A DNA stretch of 64,000 nt from positions 1 through 64,000 of the forward strand of contig JAZDCY010000012.1 of NCBI GenBank assembly GCA_036679645.1. Direction: 5' to 3'. The DNA is from Gemmatimonadota bacterium. GTDB lineage: Bacteria; Gemmatimonadota; Gemmatimonadetes; Gemmatimonadales; GWC2-71-9. Shown here in pieces: positions 37,044-45,745 of the stretch. A program made the translations under genes and the position numbers. Under the pieces are notes generated by a model, which saw only the letters and a list, made by a program, of their open reading frames with translations, had not been told where the DNA came from and did not search any database. Position 1 is the first letter of the stretch; each line of letters begins with the position of its first letter.

Positions 37044-38342
37044 TCATCGTGTAACGGGCTGGAGGATTTGCGTGACCCCCGACCCGACCCTGACATCCAC
37101 GTGCCGCAGCGCTCGAATGTCGTCATAGTCCGCATACGCCTGCGAGTGGGTCGAGTTAGCATCTGAGAGAATGCCAATGCCGATTGGCTTGTTAGGCGGA
37201 TCGTTCCCAAACGTATCGCGATACGCGTCAGCCAGATTGAAGACATATGTCCGCCACTCGCCGAGACCATCCGTCCCACTACCGACGACGACCATCCACG
37301 GCCGCCCGATGCCGCGCCGCAGAACCGCAGAGCCCACCGGTAGGGTCGTACTCCAGACATACTTTACCGACTCGGGGATCAAGCCCAGGCGTTTCCGATA
37401 GGTGAAATATATCCCCGCCGCACTGTCTACCTTTCGGTCGTCGCGCTCGTCCCCGCCTTGGGGCGTGCGGTGCACACGGACCCGGAACGACACGTACGGA
37501 AACTCCCGCAGGTTCCACTTCACCGCCTTCCCCAGGATCACCGACTCACCGTTGTCCGTCGCCTCGAGGTAGTTGTTGTCGCCCTCACGTCTGACGGCAT
37601 ACGGCTTGTGCTTGTCGTCGTCCGAATCCCTCCACGTCCAACCGACCGGCAGACCATCGAGGGGGCCGTCCTCGAAATCTTCCAGGATGACCGCCGGATA
37701 GTCTCCCAACTGGGCGACGAGATAAGGAAAAGAGTAGTCCTTTAGCAGGTCGCGCGACATGTCACGGTACCACCGCACCAGGCTCTCACCGTCGTACCGC
37801 AGATCCGTGATGCGCCACGTGCGCGGCTGAAGCTCCCGCATCTCTACACGCAAGGACTCCTCCTCGCCATTGCTCCACCCGACGACGTACTCGAGCGTCG
37901 CCGCGCCGTCGCGGACACGCTGCCTCCGCAGCCGCAACGACGGCAGGCGGGTCGTGTTGTTTTGGGCCAGCAATGACAGGGCGCGCGAGTGGAGCGACAC
38001 GCGGAGCGCCTCCCCAAAGGTCGCCCGCTGGTGGGGAGTCAGCGACGACCACTCGCGCGGAAAAGCGTTGGCCGCCAGGATTCCAAGAGAAAACACCCGA
38101 TCCACGACGGCGCCCGTGGCGGCGCGGCGCGCATCGGGGCCAAGGGTCCCGTACTCCCGCAGCACATCCAACCACCGCTCGAACGACGCTTCGAAAGTGG
38201 CGCGCGGCGTCGGCGCAACCTCCTGCGCGCGCAACATCCGAAGCGACCCGGACGAGAGCGACAAGAGAACGAGCGCCACGACGACCGGGGCGCGCACCCA
38301 TGTCCGGCTCCGCTGGGCGTTCGTTCTCTCTCCCATGCGCAT
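37044..38342 (-). CDS. MlaC-like domain fused to DUF3047 domain, exported
   Basis: N-half: VFSLGILAANAFPREWSSLTPHQRATF...WRITDLRYDGESLVRWYR (MlaC-like). C-half: GGDER...DSAAGIY...KYVWS...GEW....NL..AYRDTFG...ILSDANST...ADYDDI (DUF3047). AAGGAG SD. Confidence 0.7.
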   Translation of the reverse strand: MRMGERTNAQRSRTWVRAPVVVALVLLSLSSGSLRMLRAQEVAPTPRATFEASFERWLDVLREYGTLGPDARRAATGAVVDRVFSLGILAANAFPREWSSLTPHQRATFGEALRVSLHSRALSLLAQNNTTRLPSLRLRRQRVRDGAATLEYVVGWSNGEEESLRVEMRELQPRTWRITDLRYDGESLVRWYRDMSRDLLKDYSFPYLVAQLGDYPAVILEDFEDGPLDGLPVGWTWRDSDDDKHKPYAVRREGDNNYLEATDNGESVILGKAVKWNLREFPYVSFRVRVHRTPQGGDERDDRKVDSAAGIYFTYRKRLGLIPESVKYVWSTTLPVGSAVLRRGIGRPWMVVVGSGTDGLGEWRTYVFNLADAYRDTFGNDPPNKPIGIGILSDANSTHSQAYADYDDIRALRHVDVRVGSGVTQILQPVTR

Positions 38343-38650
38343 CCAACTCCTTGCCTGTTGGGGAACAATGTACCGCGGACGGCCCGAAACGGCCGAATTC
38401 ACCCCAGTCGCTCGACGCCGGTCCGCCCGGCTGGGATCCCAGCCAGTGCCGCTCCTCTCGACCTCCTGCCCCCCCCTAACGCCCCGCGAACGTGGCCGGT
38501 TCCGACGGGCGCTAACCGGTCTCAATTGTACTACCCTGGACCCCCCGGGGAAGATCGCGCGAAGGCTCTCGCGCCGAGGCGGATCCGCCGGTAAGATTAT
38601 CTTTACGAGGAACTTGGATACCAAATGTCGAGTTCTCGTACTTGGCCCGC

Positions 38651-38678
38651 CGGATATTCTTTGAGGCGGATATTCTTT
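38651..38678 (+). repeat. 12-bp perfect direct repeat CGGATATTCTTT x2 (possible operator)
   Basis: cggatattcttt-gagg-cggatattcttt immediately before the GGAGG SD of the radical SAM gene. Confidence 0.8.
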
Positions 38679-38691
38679 TTGGGAGGAATGG

Positions 38692-39687
38692 ATGAGCCTG
38701 TTGGACCACGCCGCACGCTTGGTATTTGACGACAAACCGTGGGCCGCGCACCTATACGTGACCGACCGCTGCAACCTGGACTGTCATTACTGCAACGAAT
38801 ACGACAACTCGCAGCCCCACCCAAGCACCGCGGATCTGAAGCGCTGGATTCAGAAGATCAAGGACCTGGGTGTGGTCCGGCTGGGCTTTCAGGGCGGCGA
38901 GCCCCTCATGCACCCGGACATCATCGAACTGGTACGGTTCGCGCGTAATGTGGGTCTGGTGCCGCTGACCATGGCCACCAACGGGTTCTTGCTCACCAAG
39001 GACATGCTGCACGGCCTCGAAGACGCGGGGCTCGACTCCATCAATATCTCGGTGGACCGCATGACACCGATCCGGAGCACCCGCAAGTCACTCAAGACCG
39101 TGCTTCACAAGCTCGAGTGGTTTCGTGACTCGAAAGTGAGGGTCAACGTTTCGGGTGTGTTGTTTCAGGACACGGTGGACGAGATGGCGGCAGTTCTGAG
39201 CGAGTGTATGGATCGCGGCGTTCCTGCTCACGCCCGGGTCATTCACGATGACCTGATAAACGATCGCACGCTGCGGCTCGACGAGACAACCCAACCGCTA
39301 CTCGATTTCATCGACCACCAAGCTGAGCTCAAAGCGAGCGGTGAAAAAATTCACTCAACCTGGAACATCCTCAACTACCAACGCAAGCTGCTACGCGGCG
39401 AACGGCTCGATTGGACGTGCGTCGCGGGCTACAAGTACTTCTTTGTATCGGCCCGCGGTAAGTTCTGGCTATGCAGTCAGGTCCGGACCGAGCGCGACCT
39501 CATGGACATCACGCCAGCGGACCTCAAAGCATACAACCACAAGAAGGACTGCCAGGACGGCTGTGGTGTCTACTGCACGGTCGAGGCCTCGTTGGCCGTG
39601 AGCAACCCGCTGCTGTACGCCCGCACCGAAGCCCAAGGCCGGCTGACGACCGCGGTGACCAAGCTGCGGGCGATCGCCGCTCGTTGA
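38692..39687 (+). CDS. Radical SAM protein with C-terminal Cys-rich (SPASM/twitch-like) domain
   Basis: CNLDCHYC, GGEP, TNG, ISVD; C-terminal CVAG...WLC...CQDGCGVYC. Confidence 0.9.
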   Translation: MSLLDHAARLVFDDKPWAAHLYVTDRCNLDCHYCNEYDNSQPHPSTADLKRWIQKIKDLGVVRLGFQGGEPLMHPDIIELVRFARNVGLVPLTMATNGFLLTKDMLHGLEDAGLDSINISVDRMTPIRSTRKSLKTVLHKLEWFRDSKVRVNVSGVLFQDTVDEMAAVLSECMDRGVPAHARVIHDDLINDRTLRLDETTQPLLDFIDHQAELKASGEKIHSTWNILNYQRKLLRGERLDWTCVAGYKYFFVSARGKFWLCSQVRTERDLMDITPADLKAYNHKKDCQDGCGVYCTVEASLAVSNPLLYARTEAQGRLTTAVTKLRAIAAR

Positions 39688-39817
39688 GAGCGTCGGTGGG
39701 CGCCGCCGCACCTATACGCACACCAATCCAGTAGCTCGCGCGCCGCGGAGGCTCCGCAAAGGGGAGGCGGCGAGACGACCATGACGCCCCCCGGGTGAGC
39801 TGACGGATCAAGCCATA

Positions 39818-41326
39818 GTGACGAAGCGAACGACTGCCGAAACCGACACCCAGGACCTCGTTCGCGGCGCGGGGGTGAACTACCTCGGGTACGTCGCGCG
39901 GCTTGGCGCGCGCGCGCCTTTTCTGCTCGTGGCCGGCGTCCTATATGGCGAGGTCCGATTCGGCGAGTACGTGTTCGGGCTCACCGTGGTGGAGACCGCC
40001 GCCGCCCTGGCACTCTTCGGCCTGAAACGGTCGCTTTTCAAGTTCATGAGCGAAGCGGTCGCACGACACGAGCCCGTCGATCGTGCGGTCGCCCACGGGA
40101 TCGCGCTTGCGATCGCCGCGGGAACGATTGCCACAGTCGCCGTCGCAACCGGGGCCGGCAGCCTCGCCGCGTTGCTTCGCCTGCCGTCAGCCGGCACCAC
40201 GTTGCTGCTGCTCTCACCGACCATTCCGATGATCGTGACCTCGGACATCCTTCTCGTGACCATCCGGTTTACCCGCCAGATGCGGTACGAGGTCTTTGCC
40301 AGGAGCATCGCGGAGCCCGTCACGCTCACCGCGATCGCTGCGCTCGCCTATTACGTCGGGGCACGCGAGCATGGGCTCGTTATGGGATATGTGGCATCCC
40401 TCTCCGTCGCTATGCTCGCGTCTATCCTCTTCTTCTCTCGCGTATTTGCGCTCCGGACCCTCCTCCGGGTCCCCCTCAGGTGGAGCGATATGCGCGACCT
40501 CGTGAGCTTCAGCGGCCCGACCGCCGGCTACGACCTGATGATCCTGCTGGGGAACCAGGCCGACGTTTTTCTGGTGACGTACTTCTTTCCCGCGGGTGTC
40601 GTCGGCGTCTACGGCATGGCGCGGCAGTTCTCGACGTTCACGAAGAAGATCAGGCAGGGCTTCGACCGCATCCTCCCGCCGGTTGTCTCCGATGGTATTG
40701 CCGCCGGCGACATGGGCCGTGTAGGAGATCAGCTCGCTTTAGTATCGCGCTGGATCCTGTCCGTCCAAGTCCTTCTCATTCTTGTCTTTGCGTTCTTCGG
40801 TGACGATGTGCTCGGCGTTCTCGGCGGTACGTTCGCCGGCGGTGCACTCACGCTGACGCTGCTGTTGATCGGCGACGCGGTGGAGGGCAGCCTCGGCGTG
40901 AACGAATTGCCAATCGTCTACCTGCGACCCAGCATGAACCTGGTCATCGGCGCCGCCAGGCTGCTTCTCAGTGTCGGTACCGGTATCTGGTTGATCAACG
41001 CGTTCGGGCTGGAGGGCGCTGCGTTGTCCGTCGTCATGACCTACGCCATAGTCAACGCCGGGCGCATCGCCTTGAATCGGCGCCTCTTTGGCATTACGCC
41101 ACTGAGGCTGAGCCTGCTAAAACCTCTCCTCGCAGCCCTACCGGCCGCCGCTGCGACTTTCTTCATACTCAAACAGGCAGCCGACATGCCGGTGGCCGGT
41201 GCGCTCGTCTCGGTGCCCATCCTGATCGGCGGCTACGTCGCGGTACTGTATCGGCTGGGGCTCGAGCCCGAAGAGCGGCTCCAGCTACAGAAACTGGTGC
41301 GCCGGAGGCCACAGCCCGGAAAATAA
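39818..41326 (+). CDS. MOP-superfamily oligosaccharide/lipid flippase
   Basis: About 14 TMs; LVRGAGVNYLG, FGEY, D.FLV.YF....VGVYG.A, LINAFGLEGAA. Confidence 0.8.
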   Translation: MTKRTTAETDTQDLVRGAGVNYLGYVARLGARAPFLLVAGVLYGEVRFGEYVFGLTVVETAAALALFGLKRSLFKFMSEAVARHEPVDRAVAHGIALAIAAGTIATVAVATGAGSLAALLRLPSAGTTLLLLSPTIPMIVTSDILLVTIRFTRQMRYEVFARSIAEPVTLTAIAALAYYVGAREHGLVMGYVASLSVAMLASILFFSRVFALRTLLRVPLRWSDMRDLVSFSGPTAGYDLMILLGNQADVFLVTYFFPAGVVGVYGMARQFSTFTKKIRQGFDRILPPVVSDGIAAGDMGRVGDQLALVSRWILSVQVLLILVFAFFGDDVLGVLGGTFAGGALTLTLLLIGDAVEGSLGVNELPIVYLRPSMNLVIGAARLLLSVGTGIWLINAFGLEGAALSVVMTYAIVNAGRIALNRRLFGITPLRLSLLKPLLAALPAAAATFFILKQAADMPVAGALVSVPILIGGYVAVLYRLGLEPEERLQLQKLVRRRPQPGK

Positions 41327-41360
41327 AACCCCGTCCCCGCGGGACTCGCGGGAACGGGGC
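41325..41360 (-). terminator. Intrinsic terminator between convergent genes
   Basis: Stem ccccgtccccgc/gcgggaacgggg followed by a T run on the minus strand (aaaa on plus). Confidence 0.6.
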
Positions 41361-41378
41361 ACGGCTGGACAGCCTCAG

Positions 41379-42890
41379 CTAGTTGACGCCGACCGGTGTT
41401 TCCGACACCGCTTGCGCGGCTTCCGCGGTAACCCACGCGGGATCCTGCGAGGGTTGTTGGATCGTGCGAGGACCGGTTGGCGGCCGCACGTCCGTTGGCT
41501 GGCCGAGGGTGAGGTTTGCCTTCACCGTCACCGGAAGGAGCAGGAAGGTGGAGCCGAGCCCAAAAAGTGCCAGGCCGAAGGGCAGCTGGCCAACCACCGC
41601 GAGCGCAAACACCAGAAAAGCAAACATGTCCCTTCTACCGAAGGACCGTGCCGCCCGCAACACGCGGCTGAGCAAGCCAGAACCGTCCTGGAATCCGTAC
41701 CGAATGGCGAGGGCGCTACCGGACCCCTTCTGCCGCATCAAGTAGATCGAGATGCTCGCCATGCTGAGTGAGGCGGACACCAATCCGAGGACTCCTAGGC
41801 GGAAGTAGATGTCCGGCACCGGCGACCGGTAGACGCCGATGAGCAAACCAATCAGAAACACGACGTACGACGCCTGGTCGCACGCGGTGTCAATCCACTC
41901 CCCGCGGCGACTCGTGCGGAAGGTGAGTTTTGCCACCTCCCCATCGGCGCCATCGAGAATCGAGGCCAACTGAAACAGGATGCCGCCCACCAGGAAGGTC
42001 GTGTACCCCCCGACGGCCGCTATCCCGGCCGCGAGTAGGCTGATCCCAAGCGTCGATATACTGATCTGGTTGGGCGTAACCCGCGTCCTGACCAACAGCC
42101 GACTGATAACGGTGGAGATCGGCCGGTTGATGTATCGTGCGATCGGGCCGTCCGTCGATTTGCGCACGCTGACAAGGAGCCTCCGGCCCGCCTCGGCCAC
42201 GTCTGCAGGCGTATCGATGTCCTGCCACATTCGATCGCCGATGTCGGTCACGCGCGCCATCCCGGCATCCGCGAGCCGCTGGACCCCGTCGGAGAGAGAG
42301 GCCCTACCAGCGGCGCTCGCCTCGTGCAGTGTCTCGAACAGGACCGGCGACGCGAGGAACACGCCCGTGTCGATCGCGTCATAGCTCGTCAGCGTCTTCC
42401 CGATCGCGACGATCCGGTCGCAAGCCACTTGCACCTTCGTGGCGTCGTCGAGATCGACGACGCGATCGATGTTGTAGTCAACGGCCAGATCGATCCCCTT
42501 CAGATCGCTCGCCTTCTCTCGCAGCGTCCGCACCACCGACGGATCAAAGATGTGATCGGCCATGGTGAGGATGAAGGGCCCGTCGAGGACCGACTCCGCT
42601 TGCAGCGCCGACAGGCCGTTGGGTTGCCGCCACCGCTCGTTGTAGAGCCAGTGCACGTGGACATTCAGGCCATCCACCCGCTCGATCTCTCGCCGGACGA
42701 GCTCGGCCTCGTATCCCAGGACGACGTAAGCGTCGGTGATACCGGCCCGCTCCAAGCTGAAGAGCGTGCGCGCCAGTAACGGTACCCCCAACAAGCGGTA
42801 TGTGGGCTTCGGGGCCTGGCTCCGGAGCCTTTTCCCGTTGCCGGCGGCCAGAATCAACGCGCTCGTCACGTCGTGCTTGTGGTCGCTCAC
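41379..42890 (-). CDS. Bifunctional cytidylyltransferase / CDP-alcohol phosphotransferase (IPCT/DIPPS-like)
   Basis: ILAAGNGKRL..PKP, NGLS, MADHIF, DLDDATKV, IGK....YDAIDTGVF, WQDIDTP; then K.TDGPIARYINRPIS, TPNQ, SILDGADGEVAK.....S..GEWIDTACD. Confidence 0.85.
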   Translation of the reverse strand: MSDHKHDVTSALILAAGNGKRLRSQAPKPTYRLLGVPLLARTLFSLERAGITDAYVVLGYEAELVRREIERVDGLNVHVHWLYNERWRQPNGLSALQAESVLDGPFILTMADHIFDPSVVRTLREKASDLKGIDLAVDYNIDRVVDLDDATKVQVACDRIVAIGKTLTSYDAIDTGVFLASPVLFETLHEASAAGRASLSDGVQRLADAGMARVTDIGDRMWQDIDTPADVAEAGRRLLVSVRKSTDGPIARYINRPISTVISRLLVRTRVTPNQISISTLGISLLAAGIAAVGGYTTFLVGGILFQLASILDGADGEVAKLTFRTSRRGEWIDTACDQASYVVFLIGLLIGVYRSPVPDIYFRLGVLGLVSASLSMASISIYLMRQKGSGSALAIRYGFQDGSGLLSRVLRAARSFGRRDMFAFLVFALAVVGQLPFGLALFGLGSTFLLLPVTVKANLTLGQPTDVRPPTGPRTIQQPSQDPAWVTAEAAQAVSETPVGVN

Positions 42891-42921
42891 GATAAGTTCC
42901 CGATCCCCTCTCAGACCAGCG

Positions 42922-42950
42922 AGACTACGCCACATCGCTCATCGTGTCAA
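42922..42950 (-). promoter_or_regulatory. Sigma70-type promoter TTGACA-N17-TAGTCT
   Basis: Minus strand -35 at 42950-42945, -10 at 42927-42922, upstream of the IPCT/DIPPS-like gene. Confidence 0.7.
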
Positions 42951-43246
42951 AGGCCACCGTGGGAGATCCAACCCCATTTCTCCCAACGGATTGTGGGCCC
43001 GGCCATGAACAGAAACGTGTAAGGGTAACACCTTTTCGCGCCCAGGCTAGGGCCCCGTGGAGCCAGCCCGCGCGGTGAGCCCCGACCTCATCGGTCGGAC
43101 CTGGGGGTGCAGCACTCCGTCACCGCCAGGAAACGCACTCGTCAGAGAACGCGGGGAGTCGGGCAGATGTTCCGGAATGGCCCGATCAGCGCCGCTGAGC
43201 CGGCCACGGCGACAGGTGAACTCCCGGTACCCCATCCACACCCCGG

Positions 43247-43504
43247 CTCGACCCAGTAGTCAAGAAGATCACTGTCCCGGAGTCGGTGATGTCCACGTTT
43301 CGGCGATTCACCGAGGGGATCGACACGTGGTGGCCGATGGAGACGCGTTGGGTCGGGGCGCAAGCGCAGGAGATGTGCGTGGTGACAATCGAGCCGCACG
43401 TGGGTGGCCGGATCTACGAACGGCAGCGCCATGGCGGGGAAGCCACGTGGGGAGCCGTCACGGCGGGGGACCCGCCCGGCCGGTTCGCCGAGCGCGCCGA
43501 TTAG
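43247..43504 (+). pseudogene. Truncated SRPBCC/AHSA1-domain gene remnant
   Basis: LDPVVKKITVPESVMSTFRRFTEGIDTWWP...EPHVGGRIYE...WGAVTAGDPP is the N-terminal half only; in-frame TGA at 43217 with no start before the homology begins; ends on the stop of the convergent gene. Confidence 0.6.
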
Positions 43505-44085
43505 CCTCGGCGACCCGCTTCGGACACCGGAATGCGCACGCGCGTGTGCTCCCAATCGAGGATTAGCTGCACGCCCGCCGCGTCAGGGACCGCCCGGATC
43601 GTAAAGGTCTCGACGTGCTCGCTCAGGTGTTCCGCCGGAACCCGCGCACGGCCAACCTCCTGCGCGCGGACGGCCTGCGTGTAGTAGTTCTCCCGCCCCC
43701 ATTGGCGCCAGGCCCGGTTCACGATGACCTGCCATTCGGACTCACCGGGAACCGTGTAGATAGCGTACGTCCCGGGATCGACCACAATCCCCGCGATGGA
43801 CACACGGGCTGTCGTGCGGATCTTCGTCGTCTCGTTCGCACCCGTCCGCCATACGCGGCCGAATGGAACGGCGCGGCCGCCAATCATGGTCCGGCCGCGC
43901 GCGGAGGGGCGACCGTAGCACAGCTTGACGTCCCGCCCACCGACCCGGAAGCTGATCGAGTCGAGTGGACTACGTCGGGCCGCGGGATTCGACCCACGGT
44001 ACGTGCAGGAAAGATCGACCTGCGCCGCAGCGGGTTGGGGTACGGCCGCAAGCGTGAGCGTGATCACGAACGGGACTGCTCTCAC
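43501..44085 (-). CDS. DUF2911-domain exported protein
   Basis: RRSP, YGRPSARGR, VPFGRVWRTGANETT, GTYAIYTVP, ETFTI, LDWE. Confidence 0.85.
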   Translation of the reverse strand: MRAVPFVITLTLAAVPQPAAAQVDLSCTYRGSNPAARRSPLDSISFRVGGRDVKLCYGRPSARGRTMIGGRAVPFGRVWRTGANETTKIRTTARVSIAGIVVDPGTYAIYTVPGESEWQVIVNRAWRQWGRENYYTQAVRAQEVGRARVPAEHLSEHVETFTIRAVPDAAGVQLILDWEHTRVRIPVSEAGRRG

Positions 44086-44224
44086 ATCCAACCTCGTTGC
44101 AAGAATCGATTCCCATCCTGCCCCAACATTACCCCTCGTATCTAGTACCTCAAGACATCCCAAACTGTTGCGATGTTCCCGCCCTTCGTCGTCCCGCCGG
44201 CAAGGAACTGGAAGAGAAGCCGGT

Positions 44225-45616
44225 CTAGATTTCGATCTTGTTGAAGAGGTTGTTCAGCGCCTCAGCGAGTGTCGGGTGCGCGAAGGTCGCGTCGCGGAGC
44301 GCCGTATACGGCAACTTGCCCATCATGGCAATCTGCATCATCGACATGATCTCACCACCCTCAATCCCCAGAACGGCGCAGCCAAGAATCTGCTGCGAGT
44401 CCGCGTCCACAACGACCTTCATCAGGCCGCGCGTTTCATCTACCTCGAGGGCGCGCGCCACGTGGGTCATGGGCATCGTGCCCACGCGGTAGTTGCGTCC
44501 GGCTTTCTGCGCTTGTCGCTCGGTCATGCCAACGCGACCGAGCTGCGGATCGATGAATACGACATACGGCACGAACCTGTCGGCGATTGTGGCATCCCCA
44601 CCCTCGAGCAGGTTCGTGCGCAGCACGCGATAATCATCGTACGAGATATGCGTGAAGGCGGGTCCACCTTTGGCGTCACCGAGGGCGTACACGCCGGGGA
44701 CGTTCGTCTCGAGCCGATCGTTTATCTGGACGAACCCACGCGCATCGGCGGCCACGCCGGCGGCATCCAGGTTGAGTAGATCGGTATTGGGTACCCGTCC
44801 GACCGCGCACAACAGATGTGACCCCGAAACTACCTGCTCTCCATCTGGGGTCTCAACCGTGACGCGGACCTCGCTGCCTGCAGATTCGATCTGCGTGGCC
44901 TTGGCGCCGAGGAGTAGCGTGATCCCGTCATCGCGCATGACGTTCTGCAACGCCTCGCACACGTCCGCATCCTCACGGGGTGCAAGATGCGGCATTAACT
45001 CGATCACAGTGACGGCGCTTCCCAGCCGCCGGAACAACTGCCCGAACTCGAGCCCGATGTATCCCCCGCCCAAGACGACGAGGTGTTCAGGAACTACGTC
45101 GAGTTCCATGATCGACGTGGAATCGAGGGAGCGAGATGCGGCGAGACCCGGGATAGCAGGAACGGCTGGACGTAGCCCAACGTTGATGAAGATCTTGTCC
45201 GCCGCGAGCGTGCGGGTCCCACCATCCGTGAGCGTCACGGTGACCTCGTTGGGGCCGCTGAAACGCCCCTCCCCCATGATGAGGTCGAGGTGCTCCCACT
45301 TCTCGAGGCCCCGACGGCTCCCACCCGAGAAACTCTTGACGATGGCCCGTTTCCGTTCGCGAATCACCGTCTGATCGATCTGGATTGGGCCGACGTTCAC
45401 ACCGTAGTCCGCGGCGCGTCGGGCCAGATGCGCGACCCGTGCGCTGGCCACCATCGTCTTCGTCGGCGTACAGCCCACGTTCACACAACCGCCACCTACG
45501 TGTTCGCGCTCGATGACCGCCGTGTGCCATCCGGCACCGGCCATCTTCCCCGCGAGCGGCCCCCCACCCTGCCCCGTTCCGATCACGATCGCGTCGAACC
45601 GTTCGGTATCCGGCAT
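44225..45616 (-). CDS. Pyridine nucleotide-disulfide oxidoreductase, RclA/'MerA-like'
   Basis: [54 protein letters not shown]; no C-terminal Cys-Cys. Confidence 0.85.
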   Translation of the reverse strand: MPDTERFDAIVIGTGQGGGPLAGKMAGAGWHTAVIEREHVGGGCVNVGCTPTKTMVASARVAHLARRAADYGVNVGPIQIDQTVIRERKRAIVKSFSGGSRRGLEKWEHLDLIMGEGRFSGPNEVTVTLTDGGTRTLAADKIFINVGLRPAVPAIPGLAASRSLDSTSIMELDVVPEHLVVLGGGYIGLEFGQLFRRLGSAVTVIELMPHLAPREDADVCEALQNVMRDDGITLLLGAKATQIESAGSEVRVTVETPDGEQVVSGSHLLCAVGRVPNTDLLNLDAAGVAADARGFVQINDRLETNVPGVYALGDAKGGPAFTHISYDDYRVLRTNLLEGGDATIADRFVPYVVFIDPQLGRVGMTERQAQKAGRNYRVGTMPMTHVARALEVDETRGLMKVVVDADSQQILGCAVLGIEGGEIMSMMQIAMMGKLPYTALRDATFAHPTLAEALNNLFNKIEI

Positions 45617-45745
45617 CCGTCCCCCCCCTGACAACGTGAAGGTGTCGCGCCGCGGGCATCGGCCCGCCGCGCCGGCCCAACGGTTATCCGCGGAACGGAT
45701 ATTACATGGTTCGCCGGAGCGCGGCGAAACACGATGGGGTCCGGG

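Noticed and set aside
32574..39687. Hopanoid cluster (hpnN, hpnM, hpnH)
   Set aside because: No squalene-hopene cyclase or hpnCDE in the window, and the radical SAM cannot be assigned to HpnH by motif. Kept only as an analogy.
38692..39817. Radical SAM RiPP system
   Set aside because: No convincing precursor ORF or RRE/PqqD domain nearby.
44225..45616. Mercuric reductase merA / mercury resistance
   Set aside because: No C-terminal Cys-Cys, no metal-binding N-domain, no merR/T/P nearby.
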